DNA of 63,885 nt, the filler included, from Octopus bimaculoides (lineage: Eukaryota), in the NCBI RefSeq assembly GCF_001194135.2. It is 6 parts of 5 records of this genome, joined end to end, with 100 filler letters (N's around TTAATTAATTAA, not from the genome) between each part and the next. Parts side by side here need not be neighbours in the genome. Positions count along the whole stretch, not along the records: positions 17,911 to 40,027 come from NC_068987.1; positions 40,128 to 44,788 come from NC_069008.1; positions 44,889 to 51,292 come from NC_068983.1; positions 51,393 to 62,370 come from NC_068995.1; 2 more parts are not named here. One strand, given 5' to 3'. A program made the translations under genes and the position numbers. Below are positions 39,701 through 52,529 of this stretch, piece after piece (position 1 is the first letter of the stretch; each line of letters opens with the position of its first letter). The notes under the pieces are model-generated. The model had not been told where the DNA came from. It was given only the letters and a program-made list of their open reading frames with translations, and searched no databases.

Positions 39701-42700
39701 TAATCTTAGAGTAGCTAGTTGATTCTCTTCGAGAATGCCATCACACTTCTACGCTGCTATAGAGAGGACGGCATCCATAAATACGTATGCATACATACAT
39801 ATATACATACATACATACATACATACATACATACATACATACATACATAACATGAATCTAAGGTGCAGGCGTGACTGTGTGACAAGAAGCTTGCTTCTCA
39901 ACCACATGATACCATGTTGGGTCCCACTGCGTGGCACCTTGGGCAACAGACTTCTATAACCTCGGGCCACCCAAAGCCTTGTGAGTGGATTTGGCAGACA
40001 GAAACTGAAAGAAACCCGTCGAATATANNNNNNNNNNNNNNNNNNNNNNNNNNNNNNNNNNNNNNNNNNNNTTAATTAATTAANNNNNNNNNNNNNNNNN
40101 NNNNNNNNNNNNNNNNNNNNNNNNNNNAAGCAATGTTAATTCTCTAAATGAAGTATTAACAGTAACTGCACGATAAAGTGTAGTATATTGCCACTTAAGT
40201 GTGGCTGACCCCTAGGGGTGGATGTTACTGTTGCTTTTAGCCCCAGGAGGACATCTCCTCCAGCTGGCTTATCGACACACGACTGTGTCCTGTTTGCCAA
40301 GGGAGTTATCCCTCTCACCACGACCAGCAGCACGAACGTATCCGGATTTCAGGGTTATTTCCCTTCTTCGGCGTTCGACAGCTGATGACCTTATATATAT
40401 TTGTCAAGTAACAAGTCCTAAGATATGTGTGTATGTGTTCATGCTTGTGTATGCATGCATGAATAATTCAATTAATTCATTAGTTCCAATTTTATTTCTC
40501 AAAGCATCAAGTAATACATTTTTCCTTTTTGTAATTATATTAGTTGTTGTTAAGTTTTATGTTTTATGTATTTGATTGAACCGTTCCAGTCATGGTCATG
40601 CCATCTTATCAGTCAATGTATTCAAGGCTACATTATAACATGTATCTTGCTCTTTTTTCTATCAGATGGTAAGATATTGCTTAAGGGAAATTTGGCTGCT
40701 ATCTCTAGCACTTTCTTGGCTCATATTAGGTTAGGTCTGTCACAAACCCAGGGACTCATAAGGTCAGGGCTTAAGCAGGTTTCCATGATGCTTAAGTGAC
40801 AAAGATCACAATGCTCACCTTCCCCACTCTCCTATACAGGATGCTAGTATATATATATATATAAGACACTCGCCCAAGGTGCCATGCAGTGGGACTGAAC
40901 CTGGAGCCATGTGGTTGGGAAGCAAGCTTCATACAACACAGCCACGCTTGTGCGCAATGAGCAAAAGAGGAAGATCCATGCTCGATAACTAAACGTAGCA
41001 GAAGTAGCAGCTAAATCTCCCTCAAATCCCTCACTTATTATTATGTTAGTAAATGATGCGTAATTTAAAGCGGAGCCTGGGTTTGCAAGTAGGAAAAAGA
41101 CAGGTTGGTCCCTACAGGACTGGCCGTGGGCTGAACAATAACAACTGAAGACTAAAAACTAAGAACTATTGCTAGTGTGTTTTGTCGCTGATTAACCCCG
41201 GGTCAGTTCTGGCCCAGCAGACATATGATCAGAGGCGTTCCAGCTATGACCATCCTTTCTACTCATCTTCAATGTTATCTTTCAATTTTAAACGACAGGG
41301 TTGATTCTTGAGCCGAGAGATATTTGGCTGCTACGTTTAGCAGAATCGAGCGACCACGCAGGGCTTGTGCTCGTTGTTGCTTTAATTCTGGGTTCATTCT
41401 AATCAAACAGACTTATGGGTGTTCCAAACATGACCATCCTGCCATTCAAAACGAAAATATTTATTCAAGATTCATCCTTCAATTTTTTATGAGTCAGGTG
41501 TGGATTGAGGAACTTTTCGTTGCTATTTTTAGCAGATCGGGTAATGACGTAGAGGTTGTTGTCGTTTTTGTTTAACCTCAGGTTAGTTCTAATCAAACTT
41601 GAGATCAGAGGTGTTCCAACCACGACCATCATGCCAATTTTTAATTCTAAATTCATCATCCTTCAATTATTAAGGTGTGTCGGGTGTGGATTGCGGGTCA
41701 TTTGGCTACTGTTTCTAGCAGGTCAAGCTAGGACGTAGTAGTCTTTCTCGAAGGTTTGTGTTGTCGGCGTCGTTCTAACTGTTGTTGCTGTTGTTGTAGT
41801 TTCCTGGCCATTGACTGACTGGAGAGACAAGGACGCATTCTGATTGGCTGTCAGTAAGTGTGTTATCACGTGCAGATGTTTACATCCACAAGATGTTGAT
41901 GTCATGTTTAGCACAGCCATGAACTACTGTTGCTGTTGTTGTTGATGTTACTGTGATCGTGGTGGTGTTAGTGGTGGCAATGGTGATGATGATGGTAGTG
42001 GTGATGGCGGCGGAGGTATTGTTTTCGTTGCTGGTGTCAGTAGTTATAGTGGTGAGGCTCTTTATGTCGGTGATGTGAGGATATTGGCAGCGATGAGGAA
42101 GATGGTAGAAGTAGTGACGGTGGTGGCGATGGTGGTGGCTTTCTTGATGCCATTGTTGCGGAAATTGAATTTATTTTATTTTTTTATCACCTTATGTTAT
42201 CCGATATCTGTGTTAGAGAAAGGGCGCGTCTGTGTGTACCAAGCTGTGTGTGTCTTCGTGCGTATATATATTTGTGTGAATGTATGCGTGTTGATTTCCG
42301 TATGCATATCTGTCGCGCGTTTCAGTTTGTATGTGTGTGTGTGTGTGTTTGTGTGTGTGTGTCTGTGTGTGTCTGTGTGTGTGTATGTGTGCATGCGAAA
42401 GAGTATATGTGTCTGTGCGTGTGTGTGTGTGTATATATATCTACTACGTGTAGTTGTGTTTGTGCATGCATGAGTGTGTCTGTGCGTGTATGTGTATCTA
42501 TGTCTATACGCGCGTGCGCATGTATGAGAGAGAGAGAGAGAGACAGAGAGAAAGAAAGAGAGACAGAGAAGCAGAAAGAATATTTGTATTTGCGCGTTTA
42601 TATGTACCAAGTTGCGCATAGATAGACAACTGATAGAAAGGTGTCTTCGAAATAAAGGAAAGGTTATGGAATTGAATAATGATTGAAAAAGGGATAGACA

Positions 42701-44888
42701 GACAGACAGACAGACAAGATTAAAAGGTTTTCAATCATTTTAAAACTGGTCTGCTTTGTCACGGCGAAGAAAGCAAAATAATGTGAGCTCTGACTTTCTA
42801 CTGTTATCATTGTCTTCTCATTAGTAAAATTTTCACTATTTAGGAAAGAGGGGCTGGCGGGCCCGTCTTTGCAGCATTGTAGAATCCTGAGCAAATCGTG
42901 ACACACCACAAACACCTGCACTCATCACCGATCAGGGAGGGTCCTAGCTGTGGTATTTAACAGGGAGTCCGTTAATATTTAGAAAACAATATCAACTTAA
43001 ACAAAGCTTAATTCTATAAGTGATAGATATAATTTGTGCGTGTGTGTATGTGTCTGTGGAAAGAATGGTCAAACTACAGATTAGAAGTTGCCCAGTGTGT
43101 CCATGCCCTAAGACAGCATTTAGGGCCGTGATGCTCAACCGTTTTTCATCTATGGATCCCTTTGATTCCCATTGTAATCAGGTGAACCTTCATACCTATC
43201 CAAAGTTGAAAAAATCGTATCATTTTTACAATCGAATATTGTTAGGAGATGCAGTCCTATAAAAAATTGTTAGAATATTTTGTGTATAACCAATTTATTG
43301 TACATAATATTTAACAAGAAAATCTTATAGGAACCTCCAAAAGCCATATGGACCCTGGTTCCGCTTGTTTAGGGGCTTGGATTTGACATTTTGAGACCCA
43401 CCGCATTAGGGTTCGTAAGGACGAGGTTGAAAAGTATTGGGGTAGTTTAGATATGATAAGCAGTACCCTACCGTGGGTTAAGGACGAGAACGTCATTCCT
43501 TTGCTTACCATCGCTCCCTACTCTAACCATTTCGATCACAGGTGTAAAAGTAGTTAGGCGTCTGTTGTGTGTGTGTGCAGGATCCATTAGCTGCATTATA
43601 GACCCCCGGGCAAATCGATGTACCAATAATATTTATTTATTGACAGCAAGCCGCGTCATACATAAAATCAGAATTGGGCCCCTGGACCCGTGAACCACCG
43701 GGCAACTGCCTAGTGTACCTTTGCATCATTATGGCATTATGTGTGTGTGTGTGTGGGGGGGGGGTACGTTTGGGTGCATCAGGTTTTGTTTATGTATAAA
43801 AGAGAGGGGGAGAGAAGAGAGAGAAAAAACAAAGTGTATATGTACGAGTCCGTTTCTATGTAATAAGTTGTGCGTGTGTGTGTGTGTGCGAGAGAGAGAG
43901 AGAGAGAGAGAGTTTGAAAGAGAGAAAGAATGAGAGACAGAGAGCAAGAAAGAAAGAAAGGAAAAAGAAAGTGACAGCGACTGACAGACAGACAGACAGC
44001 ACACGTGTATGGCCAACGTTTGTATGTACCGAGTTATATGTGCGATAGATGAAACATTTGTGTAGCAACTGTGTATACGACTGATAGATAGATAGATAGA
44101 TAAGTGGACGGAGGGAGGATGAGACAGCGCATATATATATAGGTGCGTTTGTATGTGTGTGTGTGTGTGTGTGTATGATTATATAATTTAGTTGACCAAT
44201 CAAACGCGTTTGTGCACACGCACCTATGTATTTATTTGATTTGTGTCTGCCAGTCAGTGTTTTTGCGTGCGTATATGTATTATTGGCATACACATTGCTG
44301 TTAATATATAAACAAATGCACATCCCCTTCCATACAGGTTCTCTTCCAGACATTTAATCCTCTCTGAACTCACACAGACAAACATTCACGCACACACACT
44401 CATCACCGATTAGGTGGAGGGCTGCCAGCTATGGTATTTACCAAGGATGTATTTTGTGTGTGTGTTTGTATGTGTAACGCTGTGGTTCTCAACTGGAATC
44501 CATTTAAGATTTATTTAAAATTTATATGCATGATCAAAATGTTTGATTTGTAACCGTAATGTCGCGGGTTCGATCACACAGCGTAGCGTGTTGAGTAAAG
44601 GTTATTTTTTATAATCACAGGTGTGGCTGTGTGGTAAGAAGCTCGCTTCCCAACCACATGGTTCCGGATTCAGTCCCACTGCGTGGCACCTTGGGCAAGT
44701 GTCTTCTTCTTTAACTTCAAGCTGAGAAAAGACTTGTGAGTGGATTCGGGAGACTAAAACTGAAAGAACCCTTTATATATGTACACACNNNNNNNNNNNN
44801 NNNNNNNNNNNNNNNNNNNNNNNNNNNNNNNNTTAATTAATTAANNNNNNNNNNNNNNNNNNNNNNNNNNNNNNNNNNNNNNNNNNNN

Positions 44889-45245
44889 CTGCGCAATTAG
44901 GGCAAGGTCATCAGCATAGAGGAGCTCCCAGGGGCAACCTGTCTTTAACTCCTCTGTGATTGCCTGGAGGACTATGATAAATAAGAGGGGGCTGAGGACG
45001 GAACCTTGGTGGACCCCTACCTCTACCCGGAATTCATTGCTGTACTCATTTCCAACCCTCACCTTACTGGCAGCATCTCTGTACATGGCTCGCACAGCTC
45101 TCACTAACCATTCTTCTATCCCAAGTTTCCTCATTGACCACCAGATAAGGGATCGGGGGACCCTGTCAAAGGCTTTCTTCATGTCAACGAAAGCCAGGTA
45201 CAGAGGTTTATCCTTAGCTAGGTATTTCTCCTGCAACTGTCTCAC
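44889..45245 (-). pseudogene. RTE-clade LINE reverse transcriptase fragment
   Basis: LYLAFVDMKKAFDRVPR...GVHQGSVLSPLLFIIVL...LLYADDLALIA is open up to the gap. Confidence 0.92.
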
Positions 45246-46249
45246 TAGAAAGATATATTTATATTATGGAGATGTACTTGCATAGCAAGTGACCTTATCT
45301 GAGATTGTGTGCTGAAACAAAAACAATTGCAGTGTGGAAGGTGTTTATAAGTCATTTAAAAACACACAAAAACCGTTAGATTCACTTCAACATTTAAATT
45401 TAATTTCCCAAAATATTTCCATCGCTTTTAGACTACAACCTGTTCAGACAAAATTCCATACAATGGAATGGTATTGTATTTAGCAAGTCTGAAAAGATCA
45501 AAGGATCAAAGGCAAGAATGATCTCAGCATGATTTGACCTGGAGTTCAAATTTGAATGGAAAACCAAAAATGTACATCACAAAACATTCTATCCAATGCT
45601 ATGATAACTTCACCAATTTTTTGCCCATGAAAATTCAAAGGGGTAAGAAAACTAGTTGCTATCACGTTAGTAAAGGAAGGCTATCAGTTGGATGCCATTT
45701 TATTGGTTTTAGTCTTGACTAAACATATGTGTAATAAAAGTTCAGTCCTAGATATCTGAAGTGAAGCATTTTTATATCTAAATAAGAACCCCAGCATCAT
45801 GTCTGCATTAAATATATGTGGTCACAATAAAAAGTTCTATATCCATTTTCTTTGTATGATGGCATTGGTTCAGTAGGAATTTATCTGAGGCAGTATTTTT
45901 ACACCTTGACGCTATTCTGGTCAATAACCTTTTTATGTTTTACATGTCATGGAGATATCATTTCACTACTTTAAAATGCAGACCTGTGGAACGTAAGGTT
46001 TACTAGAAATGTAAGCATAGCAACACTGTTTTCTTCCCCTCAGACAATCTCATGAGAGAGCAGAAATATTAGCGTTCATGCACAAACACACATACATGCA
46101 TACAAAGACACATTCATACACAAGATTCCATGCACTTTCCTTCTACTAATTTCATCCACAAAGCATTGGATGGCTTTTGGCAATAGTAGAAAATAATTCA
46201 GGCAGTGAGCTGGCAGAATCATTAGCACACCAGACAAAATGCTTCTTAT

Positions 46250-46530
46250 GGACGACACATTAATCACAAATCTTCCACAAATGCTGTCTGGGGATAATCT
46301 GCAGTTATTTACTAAACGACAGAGACTCTAATGCCGACTTGTTTAGCAAGTGTAAGACTGGTGGAATTGAGAGCTTCCTTATGCAGTCACAATGGTGCCG
46401 AGCTGGCCATGTTGTCAGAATGATCCAAAGTCCTCATGTGCAGTCAGCTTGATAGTAGGCACAGGAATGTTGGTCGTCCATGGCTCAGATATAAGGACAA
46501 GCTGAAGAGTAACCTCTCAGCAGTGAAGAC
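46250..46530 (+). pseudogene. RTE-clade LINE ORF C-terminal remnant
   Basis: Degenerate IESFLMQSQW.RAGHVVRM and G.R..G.PWLRYKDKLK motifs. Confidence 0.65.
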
Positions 46531-46846
46531 AGCTTACAACACTTTTGAATGAACAGCTTTGGTGCAAACAAAATGGAGATCATTGAGTCAAAATAGTATA
46601 AGAAACTTTGTTGCAACCAGCATTAACAGGCATTGGGGTGCAAGGCAAAGGATAAAAGCAACTGCAAATATACTACCTGCACTGACCTGTAATCCACAGA
46701 TCCTTGTAGGATCTGTGGGCTTCTTTGAAAATCGTTGGTGGGACTTAAATGTCACATTTAGCCTAAGCATTGTGACTGATAAAGAAAGAGCAGTTGTCGG
46801 ATCCTCATATGTCAAAACTGATGGGCGAAGTCACCATATACATACA

Positions 46847-46890
<44 letters not shown>

Positions 46891-48013
46891 NNNNNNNNNN
46901 NNNNNNNNNNNNNNNNNNNNNNNNNNNNNNNNNNNNNNNNNNNNNNNNNNNNNNNNNNNNNNNNNNNNNNNNNNNNNNNNNNNNNNNNNNNNNNNNNNNN
47001 NNNNNNNNNNNNNNNNNNNNNNNNNNNNNNNNNNNNNNNNNNNNNNNNNNNNNNNNNNNNNNNNNNNNNNNNNNNNNNNNNNNNNNNNNNNNNNNNNNNN
47101 NNNNNNNNNNNNNNNNNNNNNNNNNNNNNNNNNNNNNNNNNNNNNNNNNNNNNNNNNNNNNNNNNNNNNNNNNNNNNNNNNNNNNNNNNNNNNNNNNNNN
47201 NNNNNNNNNNNNNNNNNNNNNNNNNNNNNNNNNNNNNNNNNNNNNNNNNNNNNNNNNNNNNNNNNNNNNNNNNNNNNNNNNNNNNNNNNNNNNNNNNNNN
47301 NNNNNNNNNNNNNNNNNNNNNNNNNNNNNNNNNNNNNNNNNNNNNNNNNNNNNNNNNNNNNNNNNNNNNNNNNNNNNNNNNNNNNNNNNNNNNNNNNNNN
47401 NNNNNNNNNNNNNNNNNNNNNNNNNNNNNNNNNNNNNNNNNNNNNNNNNNNNNNNNNNNTATATATATATATATATCCAAGAAAGTTAGGGGTTGTGAAT
47501 CCAACCCACTAAGGAATAATATATATCCAATATACTGCCGGAAGAATACACAATTATTATTACACTAGTGTTTTTTCATTGTATTATCAAGTGCAATAAA
47601 TGGGTGCGGGTTAAATAACAGAGTATACATATATATGTGGGGTTTTACGATTTTTATATTTCTATATTTGGATATTTTTAACTTTACCTCATGAACTTTA
47701 TAAAATCTCTGAAGAGGCCTATAGAATCATCCATGTACCTCTATTGCATCTATTTCATCTATAAACTACTTCAGTCTACTGGAGTTATATAGATAGAATG
47801 AGGCCTGTCATCAGTAGACTGAAACAGCTGTAAGTCATTATCCCATTTTCTGTCACTATATGTCATTTTTTATTACTGATAGGATATAATATGCTGCATG
47901 TGTTTGTATATTATTATTATTGTCCTTTTAGTAAACAAATAAACAAGTAAATTGTCACAATACAATGTCTGCAAGTTGATGAATGCCACCTATTCCCCTC
48001 CATTTTCTTATTG

Positions 48014-48047
<34 letters not shown>

Positions 48048-48185
48048 GCATACATACATACATATATATATATATATAACTATCGTAAATATGAGGGTAA
48101 TAAATTAAAATAATTTATTGCTAGTGGTTAGCATGCATAAATAAAAGTCATAAGACAACATATTTTTAAAAATATAATAGTATAT

Positions 48186-48471
48186 AAAATATTTTTATAC
48201 ACATAAAGGAGGCCCTTGACAGGACTCCTTACATGCTAGAAAGGGCAGTTAAAACCCAAATCACGAAAAAGTGAATTCATGAGGCACGCTGTTATAACTC
48301 TAGAATGAACAAAAAAAAAAGAAATTATTTTCTTTTATTTGTTCGTTCTAGTGTTATAACAGCATGCTACATGAAATCTTTTTGGATCTTTTTGTGGTTT
48401 GGGTTTTAACTGCCCTTTTAGTATGTAAGGAGTCCTATTAAGGGTCACTTCTCTGTGTATAAAAATATTTT
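48186..48471. repeat. Imperfect foldback, ~135-bp arms
   Basis: aaaatatttttatacaca...ggactccttacat...gggcagttaaaacccaaa...tgttataac.ctagaa is mirrored about ~48325. Confidence 0.85.
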
Positions 48472-48592
48472 ATACACTCTTATACGCATACACAAACACA
48501 CACACATGCACACAAACACACACACACATACATATAATATATATGATATATATATATATAAATATGTATATATACATATATATATGAGTGTG

Positions 48593-48641
<49 letters not shown>

Positions 48642-49298
48642 GAGAGAGTGGGAGAGAGAGAGAGAGAGCTCTGAGGTGAAGTGGCAAAATGGAAAAGATA
48701 TGAATCTATTTTCTCTTGAAATATGAGTTCATATTCTTCTATGGCTATTTTATTATATGTTTGGCCAAGTCATGATAACTCAGTATGAGTTATTAAAGTG
48801 CTAAATTCATGGCACTATTGCCATGTGTTTAATATCTACGGCTGACATTGATTTGTGTCTTCATTCTAAACACACATATCAATAATAAAATGTTATGTAA
48901 CTGACAAATATTCAAACACACACTGAAAGCTTCCTTCAGCTGAACAACAGAAATCAGTATTGCTGGTGTACATGCTATCACTCTCAAATTGTGACTTCTT
49001 CAGATAGCTCTTGCCTTCTCTCAAGAAAAATGTGATACCTAAAGGAAAATATGAATGCATAACTTTACTAAGTATGAGCCTATCATCCTCATTTCAATTA
49101 TCTTTATGTGGTGGAAACTATTGTAAACAAATGTCTTTTGCATATGTGGCAGTAGTATGAATCTTGCTTTCCAGCCACACGATTTTGGGTTTAGTCCCAC
49201 AGTTTAACACCTTGGGCAAGTTCTCTTCTACTATAGCCTTGGGCCAACCAAAGCATTGTGAGTGGATCTGGTCGTTGGAAGCTGAAAGAAGCTCATTG

Positions 49299-49349
<51 letters not shown>

Positions 49350-49639
49350 CAACAACATGAATTTCTATCATCTTGGTCTGCTAAAATATTCAAGAAAAAT
49401 TATATTAATGTGTCCTACTTGTTAAAATTCCATTTATTCGTGCAGCTGAAAATGGCACTGCATTTAAATTGATATTATGATTGTATTGTTCAATTAAATG
49501 GAGCCACCTGAAACAGTCGTACTGCATCACTACTTGGTATCCTGTTGCTTATTTTGATTTTATTCACCTTACTTTGGGCTGTGTGGATAATACTGGACTG
49601 ACTTGGTGCTTCAAGTTAAGTAACTAATTCAATTGAATC

Positions 49640-50775
49640 TCAATTATTTCTTTTATATACGACCATTCTTTTTTCATATTTCCCTGTTGGTATATTTCCT
49701 GCCTCTGTTCTTCTTTCCGGTCTCTCTTTCTGTTTCTCCTCCTCTCTGCTAGTGGAAGGCTCTGGTTCTGGTTCTAGCATTTGAACCATTCTTTTTTCAT
49801 ATTCTCCTGTTGGTATCTTCCCTGACTCTGTTCTTCTGTCCGTTCGTTCTTTCCATTTCTCCTCATCTTTACTTGGTGTTACTTCATTCTCTCTCTTTTC
49901 TTTTGCTGCTTTTCTTTTCTTTTTGGGTGGTGACTCACCCCTTCTTTGTCTCTCGGTTTTGGCTACTGCTATTTCTTTTTCCACCACCACACCTCTGTCC
50001 TCCTACCAAGACTCCTCTGTCACTTGTTCTTGTCTCTGGAGGCACTTTGCTCTTATGTGCCCCCTTACACCACAACCGTAACATACTGGTGGCCTGCCCT
50101 CCACCATTAACCTTAGCCTGGTTTCATCAGGCAGAACCACCTCCTCTGCAATCTTGTGCAGGTCTGACAAGGTAATATGGAGTATGACCTCCAGGCCTTA
50201 CCCCAACCAGTTGACCTCCGTTGCCTTTGACATTGAATAAACTTGTTGCTACCAGCCAGTCTTCTTCAATTTCAGGTGGCACCCTACCGATTTGAACTCG
50301 GGTGGCGCACTTTCCACAGTACGTCAGTAGTAGTGCCCATTTCGACGATTTTAAGGCTACGGTGGAGTATATTTTTGCTTCGTTTTCATTAACGAAGCAT
50401 ACCTCCACCGTATTTTAATTCCTCTATTAAAGATGTAATAACAAACGTTATTACATCTTTAATATCCTTCCAACACTCCTCTGTCTCATTGACATTAGCG
50501 ATTTCTATCTTTTTTGTAGCTATATTTAATGTACAATATGTTATCATCTTTCTCTCTGCCTTCTCTGTTGTTTCTTTTGGTGGCGTTAGCCTCAGGCTAT
50601 CACCTTCTTTCTTCAATAAACCATCAAACTTCTTGAAGTCCTTATTTCCTACTTCCAAATCTCTTATTTGTAGCAGCTCGGCTGACAGGCTTCTGCCTGT
50701 CATCGCAGCATAGCTTCCAGTTTGCGACTGCATATTTCCAATATTCTCTGCTTCACCCATAAATGGGGAAGCCAC
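49640..50775 (-). pseudogene. Gag-like ORF1 of a Tx1/L1-type LINE with CCHC zinc knuckle, frameshifted
   Basis: Three consecutive frames; LMVEGRPPVCYGCGVRGHIRAKC (CX2CX4HX4C at 50083-50042) followed by a K/E-rich tail. Confidence 0.7.
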
Positions 50776-51257
50776 ACAAAATCTTCAACAGTTAAACGAA
50801 AAATACACGTTCAACAACAATTATCACAATCCAACAATTCAACAGCATAAATTCATCAACACAATCCGAGGTGGGGAAGTACCTAAGAGAAGCAACTCTG
50901 AACAAATCTTATAAAGCAATAGCTTTTATGTAAAATACAGTCAATAACATTGACTGATTTGTGCTGGTGGGTTGCCTGATCATGGAAAATAATGAAATAT
51001 TAGCACCAAGCAGTGTTTAGGCATAAGCAAAGTTTAGGCTAGTTAAAATATGTTTGTGACACACACGTATGTATGTATGTATGTATGTATGTATGTATGT
51101 ATGTATGTATGTATATATGTATGCTATCAAAAGGATGTGTTATAACACTTTTCCACATATACAAAAGTAGCCATATGTATTTATATCTATGTGTGTGTCT
51201 TTCTGTCTGTGTTTCTCCCACTGCATGACAAGCAGTGTTGGTGTGTGTGCATCACCA

Positions 51258-51292
<35 letters not shown>

Positions 51293-51483
51293 NNNNNNNN
51301 NNNNNNNNNNNNNNNNNNNNNNNNNNNNNNNNNNNNTTAATTAATTAANNNNNNNNNNNNNNNNNNNNNNNNNNNNNNNNNNNNNNNNNNNNGGAAGGAC
51401 AACAAAAGAAAGAAAGAGACCTCGATATTATGTTAATAGAGGAATTTATCTGTAAAAATATGTGACACTTATTTGGTAGCCAT

Positions 51484-51544
51484 GATAAAACTCAGAGTTT
51501 CAGATGCCGGGGTGGGAACCCACACCAACATCTCTTCAGTTATC
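51484..51544 (-). ncRNA. Type I hammerhead ribozyme, inverted copy
   Basis: Minus strand reads GATAA-CTGAAGA-GATGTTGG..CCGGCATC-T-GAAA-CTCTGAG-TT-TTATC. Confidence 0.72.
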
Positions 51545-51568
51545 CGGCCATTGAAAATTCCTGTGTCG

Positions 51569-51629
51569 GATAACTGAAGAGATGTTGGCATGGGTTCCAT
51601 TCCCGGCATCCGAAACTCGGAGTTTTATC
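51569..51629 (+). ncRNA. Type I hammerhead ribozyme with minimal stem III
   Basis: Stem I GATAA/TTATC; core CTGAAGA (51574-80); stem II GATGTTGG/CCGGCATC with one extra nt; GAAA (51612-15); stem III CTC-G-GAG; GUU cleavage triplet, predicted cut after 51624. Confidence 0.75.
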
Positions 51630-52494
51630 ATGGCTACCAAATAAGTGTCACATATTTTTACAGATAAATTCCTCTATTTACATAATATCGAGGTCTCTTT
51701 CTTTCTTTTGTTGTCCTTCCTATCAATAAGTTATGTCCCGTACACCGCTTTTTTCCGTAAGGGCCAATACAGCTTATTTTGGAAAATCGCCAGAAATCGG
51801 TCGAGGATTCTGCCCCACAAAAGAATTCAATATGGACACCTACTACATCGATTATTCTATGAGAGACATACCGATACCATCAAGGGAACTATACTCTAAG
51901 AAACTTTTGGAGAAAATTACAGACCTCATCAAGCGCATTGACAACAATCCACTATAAAGGGTTCTTTGATTGTGGAGATCCCAAGACAACTACCCAGGGT
52001 GGCATTGCTGACAGGGTGGTCACGGCATGATGCCTTTTGATCATGGGCGTAATCATTAGCCAAAGTAATGTAAAACAAAAAATGCAGCACCACCACCACC
52101 CCTGTTCCTATTCTTTCCACCTCTTCACATTACAATAAACATCAAGTATACTGTTTTTGCACCTTGATGTGAGCGTGTTCATGTTACTTTGGCAAAAAAA
52201 AAAAAGTTAAAATATTTGCTGGTTTAGTCACGTTTCTTTTAGATTGATAAATCTACACTCACTTCCGGTTGATATTCACTCATTGGTCCGTGACTAACAG
52301 ACGGCGTCTATTTATATATGCCATGCAGATATGTGGAGTGTGTGTGTGTAAATATAAATACATGTGTGTGTGTGTGTATTTGCCTTCATTCTACATTTCT
52401 CAATGTCTGTATTTTTACATCTAAATATGTTTTACATGCTTCAGAAATATTTTCAAAACATATCACACACATATATATCTTCTCTGTCTGTCTG

Positions 52495-52529
<35 letters not shown>

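Larger units (their letters stand above)
51393..51938 (+). mobile_element. Penelope-like element 5' end: inverted terminal repeats plus start of ORF
   Basis: Inverted repeat 51393-51546 / 51567-51720. ATG 51832 gives MDTYYIDYSMRDIPIPSRELYSKKLLEKITDLIKR, resembling the YS.KNIPIP...Y..KL..K...IKR N-terminus of Penelope-like ORFs (recalled). Confidence 0.7.

Noticed and set aside
45286-45455. Possible Penelope-type terminus with hammerhead-like remnant on the minus strand
   Set aside because: Too degenerate in this copy to support a fold.
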